Below are positions 1 through 9,699 of a DNA stretch of 64,000 nucleotides, in pieces; the first letter of the stretch is position 1, and the number at the start of each line of letters is the position of its first letter. Under the pieces are notes generated by a model that did no database searches, had not been told where the DNA came from, and was given only the letters and a program-made list of their open reading frames with translations. Made by a program: the position numbers and the translations under genes. The stretch covers positions 32,001-96,000 of the forward strand of contig CAWJGT010000009.1 of the NCBI GenBank assembly GCA_963842525.1. The letters run 5' to 3'. Source of the stretch: an uncultured Holophagales bacterium. GTDB lineage: Bacteria; Acidobacteriota; Thermoanaerobaculia; Multivoradales; UBA5704.

Positions 1-2309
1 CCTGGCGAACCTTCCTCTGATCGGCGGAAGGGATCGAGTCCTCGTCGAGGTCGAGGAGCCAGCGGAGTTTATCGATTAACTGGGCCTCGGCGGCGGGGTC
101 ATTGAACTCTTTATGTATGACCTCGAGCAGGTTCCAAGTGGAGATCGAGGTGGCCGGGTACTCGCTGCCCTTGACGCGCTCGTAGGCCGCCAGGGTCTGC
201 TCGTAGAGTGCCCGGGCACCGGAAAAATCCTTGAGATCACAGAGGACTGCGGCCAGGTTGTTCCTCGAACTCAAGGTGTCGGGGTGATCGTAACCCAACA
301 CGAGCTCGCGGATTTTCAGATTCTCTTCATGGAGTTCCCTCGCTCTGGTGAGATCACCGCAAACTCGGAGAGTTGCGGCGAAGTTGTTCCTCGAACTCAA
401 GGTCTCGGGGTGCTCGCGACCGAGCACGCACTCATAGATCTTCAGATTATCCTCGTGAAGCTTCTTCGCTCCGTCGAGATCACCCAGAGCGCGAAGAGCT
501 TCGGCCAAGTGGTTTCTTGAGCTCAAGGTGCTGGAGTCATCGCCCCCCAGTAAGCGGTCATTGATCATTAGGGAGAAGCTCACCGAAGTGTTTGGCGCCG
601 ATATGATCCCCGCGCTCCCGCGCAAACCAGCAACTCCAGTCGAACAGCCGGCCGGCGGCAGCGGATTCGAGCGTGTGTGCCCCAATCAACTCGGACGCGA
701 GTCTCACGCTCGGCTGCAACTTTTCACAGAGCTGCCAGTTTTCAAATGTGGGCCATGGATATGCTTTTGTCAGCGCTCGAACCACCCGTCCCGCCCAATC
801 CCGCCGGCCCTCCTCGCTCAAGGAATCTTTGACGACCTCCTGCGTCAAACGGTGGACTTTGAAAGCCTCGTCCGCCAAGCGCTCGACGAGCGAGTAGCGC
901 TCCAGAGGCTCGAGTAGCTCCAAGAAGACCAGCGGGGCTTCGTCAGCACCCTTCAGCCCTTGGGCCAGTAGCTCGCCGAGCTCCGAGCCGCCAAGGGTGA
1001 AGATCTCGATTGGAACGAAATCTGGTACCAGGAATGCAGCAGCGGTCAGCAGGTCGGTGGAGGCCTGCGAGGTCTCACGTACGGCAGCGAAGCTCAAACT
1101 CCAGGTCGTCGCGACAGTCTTGGGGTAGTCCGTGCTCGGCTTGCCTTTCGCGAGCAGCGCCACGCCCTCGCGCCGGTATTTGGCGAGGTATTCGCTAAAG
1201 CCACCTCCCACCGTCTCGATATACGCCGCCGCCTGCTCAAGAGCAAGCGGCAGATAGCCCAACTCAGAGGCCAGAGCGGCGGCCGCCTCGGCATCCGCAA
1301 TACCCGTTCTCTCTCTCAGGAACTCAACGGCGTCCTCGGGATCCAAGGTCTCTACCCGGAACGGTTCTCGGATGCCGACTTTGACGAAGGATTTTGCCCT
1401 CGAGGTTAGCAGGACCTTGCCGCCCGTCCGGATCGGCGGCAGAAAGCCGCGCAACAGGGCGGGATTGTCTGCGTTGTCGAAGACGAGCAACCAGGCACCC
1501 TCGCGGGAAAGCCAGGCCTTCACCGCCATGACTGCGGTCTCAAGATCGGCCCTGGTATCAACGAGCCTCAACTCGCGAGCGATAGACAGATAAGCCGACT
1601 GGATCTCCGGCACGGTTTCGGCCATGACCCATAGGACAAAGCGATAGTGCTCACCAAATCGGTGCGCGTACTCGATAGCCGTCTGGGTCTTGCCGATGCC
1701 GCCCAGCCCATAGATCGCGGCTTGGGCGAGTGCGGAGATTCCCTGCGTCTGTAGTTGCTGGTGGAGGCGCGAGAGGAGGTCCTTGCGGCCGGTGAAGTAT
1801 GGGTTGTGATGGGGAACGCCGATCATGGTTGGCCGGAAGGGCGGTCGATTCGAGGCGGAGGGGACTCGGCCAGCCTCTGGGAAAATGCCCTTGATGCCAC
1901 AGATCAGCCGATGCAGCTCGTCATGATCGTCGAGCCCGGCGCGGAAGTCGACCCAGGTCAGGCGCCTCAAGAAACGGGGCAACGCCTTCTCCTCGGGTTG
2001 GGACGCACCTGGCAGCAGGACCGGGATCACCCGGCGGCTCCTGTCCCGGACCCGCGTGTTGAGAGCGTCTCGCATCTCCTCGTTCTGCCACGGTCCGATA
2101 TCGCCGGGCCCGAGGCAAACCGCAACGGTCTGGCTTCGATCCAGGGCCTCTTCGAGCGCTTCCTGCCATGGCTCTCCTGGCACCAGGTGCCACTTGTCGA
2201 GGAAGGCTTTTAGCTTCCTGCGCTTGAGACGGCGGGCCAGCTCTTCCACGGCTGGCTTGTCCTGGCTGGCGTGGCTCAGGAAGACGTCGTAGGTCGCTTT
2301 GGAGGCCAT
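1..2309 (-). CDS. TIR - NB-ARC (STAND NTPase) - TPR protein, NLR-like; frameshift near 560-580; 3' end runs off the window
   Basis: N-terminal TIR (YDVFLSHAS...FLDKW...WQNEEM), Walker A GLGGIGKT, Walker B LLVFDNAD, GYLPLALEQAAAYI. After the ORF stop at 558, another minus frame continues with kinesin-light-chain-type TPRs (LGREHPETLSSRNN, LGYDHPDTLSSRNNLA) to position 1. ATG at 2309. Confidence 0.88.
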
Positions 2310-2681
2310 GGCAGATGGCTTTGAGGATACCACCCACTCTACGCGAAAGGACGAAAAGGACAGCAGGGACAGCAAGGAGTCGCCGAGTGCCCAAAAACGT
2401 GGTTCTGAGCACCGCTGTTTCCGGCCGGCCGGCGTCGCGGAAAAGCCCGTCCGGCTTGGATTTGGCCGCTCTCATCCGTCTTCCAGACCCCCTCTCCTCC
2501 CGCCGCAGCTCCGAAAACGAAACCAGTTCCGTTTTTTCCACAGGGGAAAAGGCCCGCCGGGATTGCGTTTCCGCGACTTTGGCGGGTCAAAAAAGGTGGT
2601 TCTAACCGGCGCAGAAAGGCAACCGCAGGAAGGTGGTTTGGACGGGGGCTGGCGGGGGGTGGGAGGGCGGGGTCGGGCGGT

Positions 2682-4900
2682 GGGCCGAGGCCCCTTGCAG
2701 GGGCCGGAGGGGGATCGGGCGGGGCGGGGTGGTCGAGATAAAACCCGGCAGGTTGGCGGAGTGCTCTTCGAAGGCATGGCTCCAGCGGCCTGCGGAGCCA
2801 ATCTGGCGGACCTTTTTGCGGGGGGAGGGGAGGCCCGGGTAGGTGCCCCCCCTGGTTAACATAGTGCTTCATTATGTTAAGGCGCAGCCCGTAGGCGGGG
2901 AGTGGCGCAGGGCGTTGGTCCGATAATGCAGTTCTTATCGGACGAACGCCCGGTGGGAGGGGGAGCCGCCCCCGCCGGAGCCAGGGGCGGGCAGCTCCCG
3001 GGCCGGAGGGTGGGGGAAATCAAAATGGGGTGGGCGGCCGGGGATTGGGTGGTCGCGCCGGAGGATCGAACGGCTGGCTTTCCACGGCCTCAGGCTCCGG
3101 GGCGGCCACCCGGCCTTGTTGAAACACGGCTGCCATCACCACGAAAAACACGCCGGAGAGAGGGTGGCGGGACGCTGCCGTCGCCGCGGCGGTGCCCGGC
3201 GCGTGGGGCGGCGGGCTTTGCGCCAGCGTCTTGTGGGGGCGCGCCTTCGCGGCAACTCCGGGGACGCGGGTGGGTGGCGGGAGGTTGCCAACGACACGGC
3301 TGGATGGATCTCACGCGGGTGGCGGGACGCTGCCGACACCGCGGCGGCTGCCCGGCGCGCGGGGTGGTGGGTTTTGCGCCAGCGCCTTTGTGGGGGCGCG
3401 CCCTCGCGGGAGCTCCGCATGGAGATGCTGCCCTCCCCCACCTTCGGATGGAACTCGAGCGGGTGGGAGCAGGTTGCGGAGCGCCAGCGGAGTCAAGCTG
3501 CGTGGGCAGGGGGAAATCGAAATGGGCGGGCGGCCGGGAGATTGGGTGGGCGCGCCGGAGGACCGGAGGACGGCTTTTCACGGCCGCAGGCTCTGGCGCG
3601 GCCACCCGGCCTTATGGGCTGAGGCCCCTTGAGGGACCGGAGGTGGATGGGTGGGGCGGGGTGATCGAAGTAAACCCGGCAGGTTGGCGCAGCGGTCTTC
3701 GAAGGCATGGCTCCATCGGCCAGCGGAGCCAATCTGCCGGACCTTGTCTGGTGGGTGGAGCGGGTCGCGCACTGTGCACGTGAGTGGTCGGCCTGGGTGG
3801 TGGTCACGTGCACTGTGCCGATCCCGCGCGCGGGGGAAATCAAAATGGGCGGGCGGCCGGGGAATGGGTGGGCGCACCGGAGGACCGGAGGACGGCAGTT
3901 CACGGCCGCAGGCTCCGGGGCGGCCACCCGGCCTTTTCAAAAGACGGCCGCCGTCACCGCCCACGGATGGAAGCTCGAGCGGGTGGGAGCAGGTTGCGGA
4001 GCGCCCCGCGCGGAGTCAAGCTGCGGGGCGGAAAGCTGAGGGGACCACGATGGCTCTACCGCCGATGGAGCGAGTACGTCCCCGCACGGAGCTGCATCGG
4101 CGGGGCACGGCGGCTCGCAAGCCCTCCCCATCAAATGGGTGGGCGGGTGTGGAATTGGGGTGTGCGTCCTGGAGGACCAGAGGCCGGCTGCTCACGGCCG
4201 CAGGCTCCAGGACGGACACCCCGGCCTTGCAGGATGGAGGCTCCGACTGCGAAGAGGCTGAGCGCAGAGAGGATGGGAGCAGTTCGGCGGAGCGCCCCGC
4301 GCGGAGCTGATCTGCGGGGCGGAAAGCTGGGAGGCCACGATGGCCCTACCGCCGATGGAGCGAGTACGTCCCCGCACGGAGCTGCATCGGCGGGGCACGG
4401 CGGCTCGCAGACCCTTCCCATCAAATGGGTGGGCGGGTGTGGAATTGGGTGGGCGCGCCGGAGGACCGGAGGCCGGCTTTCCACGGCCGCAGGCTTCGGG
4501 GCGGCCACCCGGCCTTTTCAAAAGACGGCCGCCGTCCCCGCCCGCCGATGGAACTCGCGCGGGTGGGTGGATGGCGTCGTCGTCCCCGCCCGGCTGCCTG
4601 GCGCGCGGGGTGGTGGCGTGTGCGTCAGCGAGCTGGTGGGGGCACGCCTTGCAGGGGGACTCCGAGGACGCGGGTGGGTGGCGGGGACGTTGCCGACCCT
4701 GCGGAGGGCTCGACCTCGCGCGGGTGGTCGGCGGGGCGCTGCCGTCCCCGCCCGGCTGCTTGGCGCGCGGGGTGGTGGCGATTGTGCCAACAGCCAGGTG
4801 GGGGCGCGCCTTCGACGGTGCTCCGAGGACGCGGGTGGTCGGCGGGGACGTTACCGTCGCCGCGGCGGGACGGACCTTGCGGGGGTGGCGGATGGGGTCG
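2682..4900 (+). repeat. Modular GC-rich repeat array with five copies of a ~65-nt hairpin
   Basis: Hairpin copies at 3047-3111, 3544-3607, 3866-3929, 4157-4222 and 4447-4510. ~290-bp tandem duplication (about 3985-4270 and 4275-4560). 2682-2815 resembles 3616-3745. Confidence 0.85.
2855..2943. other. Two adjacent dif/Xer-like palindromic sites
   Basis: TTAACATA-N9-TATGTTAA (2856-2880) contains the XerD-arm core TTATGTTAA. GTCCGATAA-N8-TTATCGGAC (2918-2943) has XerC-arm-like halves. Both are AT-rich islands in GC-rich DNA. Confidence 0.45.
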
Positions 4901-5602
4901 CCGTCCCCGCCGGCTGTTTGCCTTGCGTTATGTGACATTTCGTCAACATTCGAGCCGGTCCAGCTCCGCGGGTGGGGGGCTTCTTCTTTTTTCTTTCCTG
5001 CCCCTATCGGCCCGCTCGCCGGGGCTGTGCGTAGCTGTGGTGAATCCCGGCGAGGTGGTGGACGGTGGGCCGGGATTTCCAACGGGTGTGGGAAGGTCCG
5101 GAGGTGGAGGGGTGGCGGTCCGGAGCTTTCCATACCCGGTCAGCTTCCACAGCCCGGGAGGGGGAAAGCTTCAGCTACCACGCGCAGCTTCAAACCTGAG
5201 AGACGGCGGCCACCGCGCTGGATCTGCTGGTCGTCCAGGACCTGCCTGGCCTCCATGGGCTCGGCGGGGACTGCGTGCGGCTCTGCGCGGGCTCTGCCGG
5301 ACCTGCGTGCGGCTTTGCGTGGGGCTCCGCCGGAGCCGCGCGAAGGTCTGCGGGAGGCTCCCGCAGAGCCGCGCGGCTTGCCCGGGCCGAATCCTGCGGC
5401 CCCCACCCCCTTCCTTCCCCTTCGGATCAGCTCTCTCGCGAATGGTGCATATCAGGATTGAAACGAAACCTTGTCTACGGCTTTGCCTGGAGCCGTAATC
5501 TGTGCCATCCGGAAGGTGTCCACTCGCCGGAGGAATTTCTCTAAGTCCATGAAAACAGGAGGCTTATAGTTCGAACTCGGACCCTCTGGGGATACTCTTT
5601 AG

Positions 5603-5615
5603 AATCAACAACTTA
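5603..5615 (+). promoter_or_regulatory. IHF-consensus site
   Basis: AATCAACAACTTA matches WATCAANNNNTTR exactly and lies between the inverted repeat copies. Confidence 0.45.
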
Positions 5616-6148
5616 CGACGGTTTATGTCTCCCTCCGAAGCCCCGGCACACAATAGACAAACAATACAGATTTCAGAGGGTTCTCTGCTCCAGGTAGCCC
5701 TTGCGCCAGGGCGAAAGTAGCCGGTCGCTGAGCTGCTTGCGGCCGGTTCACGGAGCAGGAGCCGGCGGGTCATGAGCCACCTCGTTCCCTGGCAGCTAGC
5801 CACTCTGCGGAAGACTCTGGGTGGCTGGGATTTCGTTCCGCTCATTGCAATTCTCCATCCGCGAGAGAGCTGATGCGAAGGGGTGGAGAGGGGGGTGGGG
5901 GCCGCAGGATTTCGGCCGCGCAGAACCGCACACAGCTCGCGCAGGTCCCGCATGCGACTCCTGGGAGCCACATCCAGGTCTAGAGGCGTGGCCGGAAATC
6001 TGGGAAGGACCGCGAGCCGCAAGCCGTGCTCCGCGGCGCTGTAGAGGCTCTGGGAGGTTCGCTGCGGGGCCGTCTCGCCGCAGCTTGGCCCTCAGCAGCC
6101 GACGATTGTGCGATCAGGGAGAAGCCGGCTTAGGAGCGGCCGGCGGCG

Positions 6149-7017
6149 TCAGCTCGGCTCGTCGAGAACCTCGTTGACCGAAGCGGCAACGACTGCCTTC
6201 TCCAGCCAGCGCTCCAGCCGTTCTGGATCTGCCTCGGCCAGGATGCGCTCGCGGACGCCGTCCGGCACCGTAATGCCGCGGACCCGAAGCACCGACAGCA
6301 GGTTGCGCGCCGCCTCTTGGGTGCGCCCCTGGGTAAGCCCCTCAGCGACGTACTTTTTCGCGAAATCGCTCTGGTATTCGTAGCCCTTCATCGTCTCTAT
6401 CTCCCGGCGGGCCGCCTCATTCAAGAAATTGTACATGAGATCGTAATACAGCCTACCTTTATCATCGTCGAGCTTCAGGATCGCGGGCAGCACTGCGGCG
6501 GCAATCGCCGCTCCCCGTTCGGTCTCGCCGTGCGCCATCACGGAAAGCACACCGAGCTCCGGTCGGCGGATCGCGTCCTCAGTCTCCGTCACGACGGGAA
6601 CGGCGCTGCGGGGCAGCACAGACGGGCGCAGGATGAAGCCAGGGGCGCCGATCGCGATCGGTTCCGCACACCACTCGGCGACACGTGGCTCGGGCGCGAT
6701 GACCAAGATATCAGCCGGGCAATCGTGGATGGCGCGCGAGACGGTGAGATAGACGGGCCAGCTGAGGCGCTTTCTGGGGTCGATCGACACTGGACCTCGA
6801 CGATGATCACCCGGAAGGGGGTGCCGCCGTCGAGAAGGACGACTACGAGATCGGCGCGGTATTCGGCGGGCTGGGTCTCGGTGAAGTCGGTGGAGGCGAG
6901 GCGAGCTTCTTTGTAGGGCGGAAGCGAGACGCCCAGCACCTCCTCCAGGATCTCTGCGGCGAGCGACGGGCGGTTCTTGAACAGATCCACCAAGCTCTCG
7001 TGGGCCATCGAGGGCAT
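6149..7017 (-). CDS. Rpn/YhgA-like (PD-(D/E)XK) putative nuclease/transposase; frameshift near 6790
   Basis: MPSMAHESLVDLFKNRP...EYRADLVV...VIIVEVQ joins SIDPRKRLSWPVY...YEYQSDFAKKY...LRVRGI...LERWLEKA. This is the typical myxobacterial/actinobacterial Rpn-like architecture. Confidence 0.75.
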
Positions 7018-7513
7018 GACGGCGTTGTTTCTCCTTCCGATCCTTCTCTCAACGGGGTACTCAGATCGCTGAGACAGGTGCAAGATACCATCATTCTGCC
7101 TCCGAGGACACGGCGAAAGGGGTAGGTTTCGTTCCGTTGCGAGTATTCCGTCATCCGCGAGAGAGCTGATCCGAAGGGGGCGGAGGGGGGGCCGCAGAAT
7201 CCGGCCGCCCGAAGCCGCACGCAGGTCCGCACGCGGCTCGCGCAGGTCCGCACGCAAGTCCCGCAGTAGCTTTGGGGTGTCGCACGCAGGTCTGCACGCG
7301 AGTCCGCATGTGCCTCTCAGGCCCCACAGCAGCTCCGTTGATCGCCGGGATCATTCCCGACCGGGCCGGGTAGGGTCGCCAGCCACCCACCTCCTAAACT
7401 AAACCTAAACTTCTCAGGCCATGTCAATTTGTATTGTCATTCTGAATTACAAATATATTCCCGCGACGGGTGTGCGCTCCGAATGCTGCGGCCGGCGCCC
7501 CAGTGGGCTCCGA

Positions 7514-7939
7514 TCAGAAGATCTGGGTGTCGTGGAACGGATCGTACACGGGGACACCGAAGCCACGAAAGTGGTCGACGTTCCTGGTTGCGACGCCCAG
7601 GTCCTGAGACTTGGCGATCGCGAGAATCAACAGATCTCTCAGCTCGACCGTTCGCCCCCGGCGACGCGCTTCCGACTCCAAAGCGGCACAAATGAGTCCA
7701 GCAGCACGATCGAACGGCAGCACATCACAGTCTGACGCCAGAAGCTCAGCAAACCAGCCTTCCAGGAACTCTCGCTTCTTCCCTGCTGGAAGTCGCTGGA
7801 TTCCAGACGCGAGCTCATAGACTCCTACGGCTGGCAATTGGAGAGTCGAAAGCTGGCCGAGCCAGCGGATCACGCCAGCGTCCGGTTTCGGGCGCGCCGT
7901 TTCCGAGATGACGTTTGTATCGAGCAGGTAGTGGATCAT
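7514..7939 (-). CDS. vapC: VapC PIN-domain toxin
   Basis: YLLDTNVISE...D.LI.AIA....VATRNVDHF PIN motifs. Start overlaps the antitoxin stop. Confidence 0.92.
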   Translation of the reverse strand: MIHYLLDTNVISETARPKPDAGVIRWLGQLSTLQLPAVGVYELASGIQRLPAGKKREFLEGWFAELLASDCDVLPFDRAAGLICAALESEARRRGRTVELRDLLILAIAKSQDLGVATRNVDHFRGFGVPVYDPFHDTQIF

Positions 7940-8277
7940 CCACGCCCCGTTCGTCTTCGCGCGAAGGGTTCGGCTGGCACGAAATCGAGGCGCGCGGGCT
8001 CGAAGTCACTGACGCCCCCACCATGCCGCTGCTTCAAGGCTTCGACCCGCTGCAAGAAAGCGGCACCACCAGCCCCCGGCAGTTGCTGGTCGGCCGTTAG
8101 GCGCTCGTAGTCTTCGATTGCCAGTACGACGACGAGGTCTTTCCCGCGACTGTGAATGACCGTAGGTCCTTGCGCCGCCTCCCGCAGTACCTCCGACAGC
8201 TTGCTCTTGGCTTCGGCAACCCCCAACCGGCGTGTCCGCGGAGAGAGTGTTTGAATTCCCTTCTTCATGACCATCAT
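7936..8277 (-). CDS. Phd/YefM-family antitoxin
   Basis: GVAEAKSKLSEVL...GPTVIHSRGK...VVLAIEDYERL. Lies directly upstream of vapC. Confidence 0.88.
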   Translation of the reverse strand: MMVMKKGIQTLSPRTRRLGVAEAKSKLSEVLREAAQGPTVIHSRGKDLVVVLAIEDYERLTADQQLPGAGGAAFLQRVEALKQRHGGGVSDFEPARLDFVPAEPFARRRTGRG

Positions 8278-8299
8278 AGTCTACTCGATGGTCATCGAG
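8267..8299. promoter_or_regulatory. Probable TA autorepression operator
   Basis: ATGACCAT-N13-ATGGTCAT and an overlapping CTCGATG-GT-CATCGAG palindrome at the antitoxin start. Confidence 0.5.
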
Positions 8300-8699
8300 G
8301 TCGCAATGCCGCCCGATGACCAACCTTCCGATAGATGTACTTCACAGCGAGCGAGTGCAGATCTGTACGCAGCCCGCCGAGCCCCTGAAACTCAATCAAG
8401 GCCTCCTGGACGAACTGCCGATCGCTAGCCGGCTCCCGCGACCGCCGCGGGGATGGTAGCGCCAGCCCACCACGCGCAAGCAGCGTCCGCGGGACGACCA
8501 CCATCCGCGTACCCGGAGATCCGTGCAGGCACCCCCATTGGATTGTTGACGAAAAGACATCGGCCCTGGACGCCAGGCAGCCTGCGTGAGGATGACCACT
8601 CCCCCCGACCACCTCTCGCGGGCCAGCTCGAGGTGGCAAAGGCAGCCGCCCGGTTTCGTTTCCGGAAACGTTATCCGACTCCCGCGGCCTGGGCGGGGA

Positions 8700-9580
8700 C
8701 GGCAGTGCCCCGCCGACCACTCGCGCGAGGTCGATCCCACCGCGGCGACGGCAACGTCCCCGCCACCCATCCCGCGTCCTCGGAGCACCGCCGAAGGCGC
8801 GCCCCTACCTGACTGTTGACGCAATAGCCGCCACCCCGCGCGCCAAGCAGCCGGGCGGGGACGGCGGCGCCACCCGACCACCCGCGCAAGCTCCATCCGC
8901 GGGTGGGGACGGCAGCGTCTTTCGAAAAGGCCGGGTGGCCGCCCCGAAGCCTGCGGCCGTGAAAGGCCGTCCTCCGGTCCTCCGGCGCGCCCACCCATTC
9001 CCCGGCCGCCCACCCCATTTTGATTTCCCCCGCGCGCGGGATCGGCACAGTGCACGTGACCACCAGCCCGGCCGCCCACTCACGAGCACAGTGCGCGACC
9101 CGCTCCACCCGCGCGAGGTCAATCCGCGGCGGGGACGGCGACCGTCTTTGAAAAGGCCGGGTGGGCGCGCCGAAGCCTGCGGCCGTGAAAAGCCGGCCTC
9201 CGGTCCTCCGGCGCGCCCACCCAATTCCCCGGCCGCCCACCCATTTGATGGACAGGGCCTGCGAGCCGTCTTGCCCCGACAGAGCAGCTCCGGGTCGGCG
9301 AACCACCCCCGCCCGTCCGGTTCGCCGACTCTCCGCTCCTCTGTCGGCTCAGCGATCGTGGCCCCCGCAGCTTTCCGCCCCGCAGATCGGCTCCGCGCAA
9401 GGCGCTCCGCCGAACTGCTCCCACCCTCGCGAGGTCCCTCCTGTCGTGGTGATGGCAGCCGTGTATGAAATAAGGCCGGGTGGCCGCCCCAGAGCCTGCG
9501 GCCGTGAAAAGCCGGCCTCCGGTCCTCTGGCGCGCCCACCCAATCTCCGGCCGCCCGCCCATTTTAATCTCCCCCACCCG
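8700..9580 (-). repeat. Inverted paralog of the 3.0-4.9 kb array, with three more hairpin copies
   Basis: Hairpins at 8933-8996, 9159-9222 and 9478-9541. The reverse complement of ~8760-9110 aligns with 3752-3960 and then 4740-4870. Confidence 0.85.
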
Positions 9581-9699
9581 CGGGTCCCGACAGAAGTGCC
9601 AGCCGAACACTGCGTAGCTCCAGTGAACTGGAGAGATCCTGGCCGAAACGCCCGGCAGCCCTCCGGGCGGCCTCCCGCCGCCGGGCGTGTCGGCTCTCG

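Larger units (their letters stand above)
5290..7270. repeat. Second dispersed repeat family (~130 bp, core GATCAGCTCTCTCGCGRATG...AACGAAA), three copies
   Basis: Copies at ~5290-5470 (+), ~5830-5960 (-) and ~7120-7270 (-). The first two form an inverted pair around an AT-richer spacer. Confidence 0.7.

Noticed and set aside
113-520. 135-aa plus-strand ORF with internal repeats
   Set aside because: It is the antisense shadow of the minus-strand TPR repeats.
3000-4900. CRISPR array
   Set aside because: Units are long, degenerate and irregularly spaced, the intervening DNA is itself repeated, and no cas genes are present.
2299-6150. Many long ORFs across the repeat region
   Set aside because: Arg/Gly/Pro-rich low-complexity translations open in several frames at once, typical of GC-rich non-coding repeats.
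7421-7460. AT-rich inverted repeat ATTTGTA...TACAAAT
   Set aside because: Short, single copy, and no assignable regulator or downstream gene.
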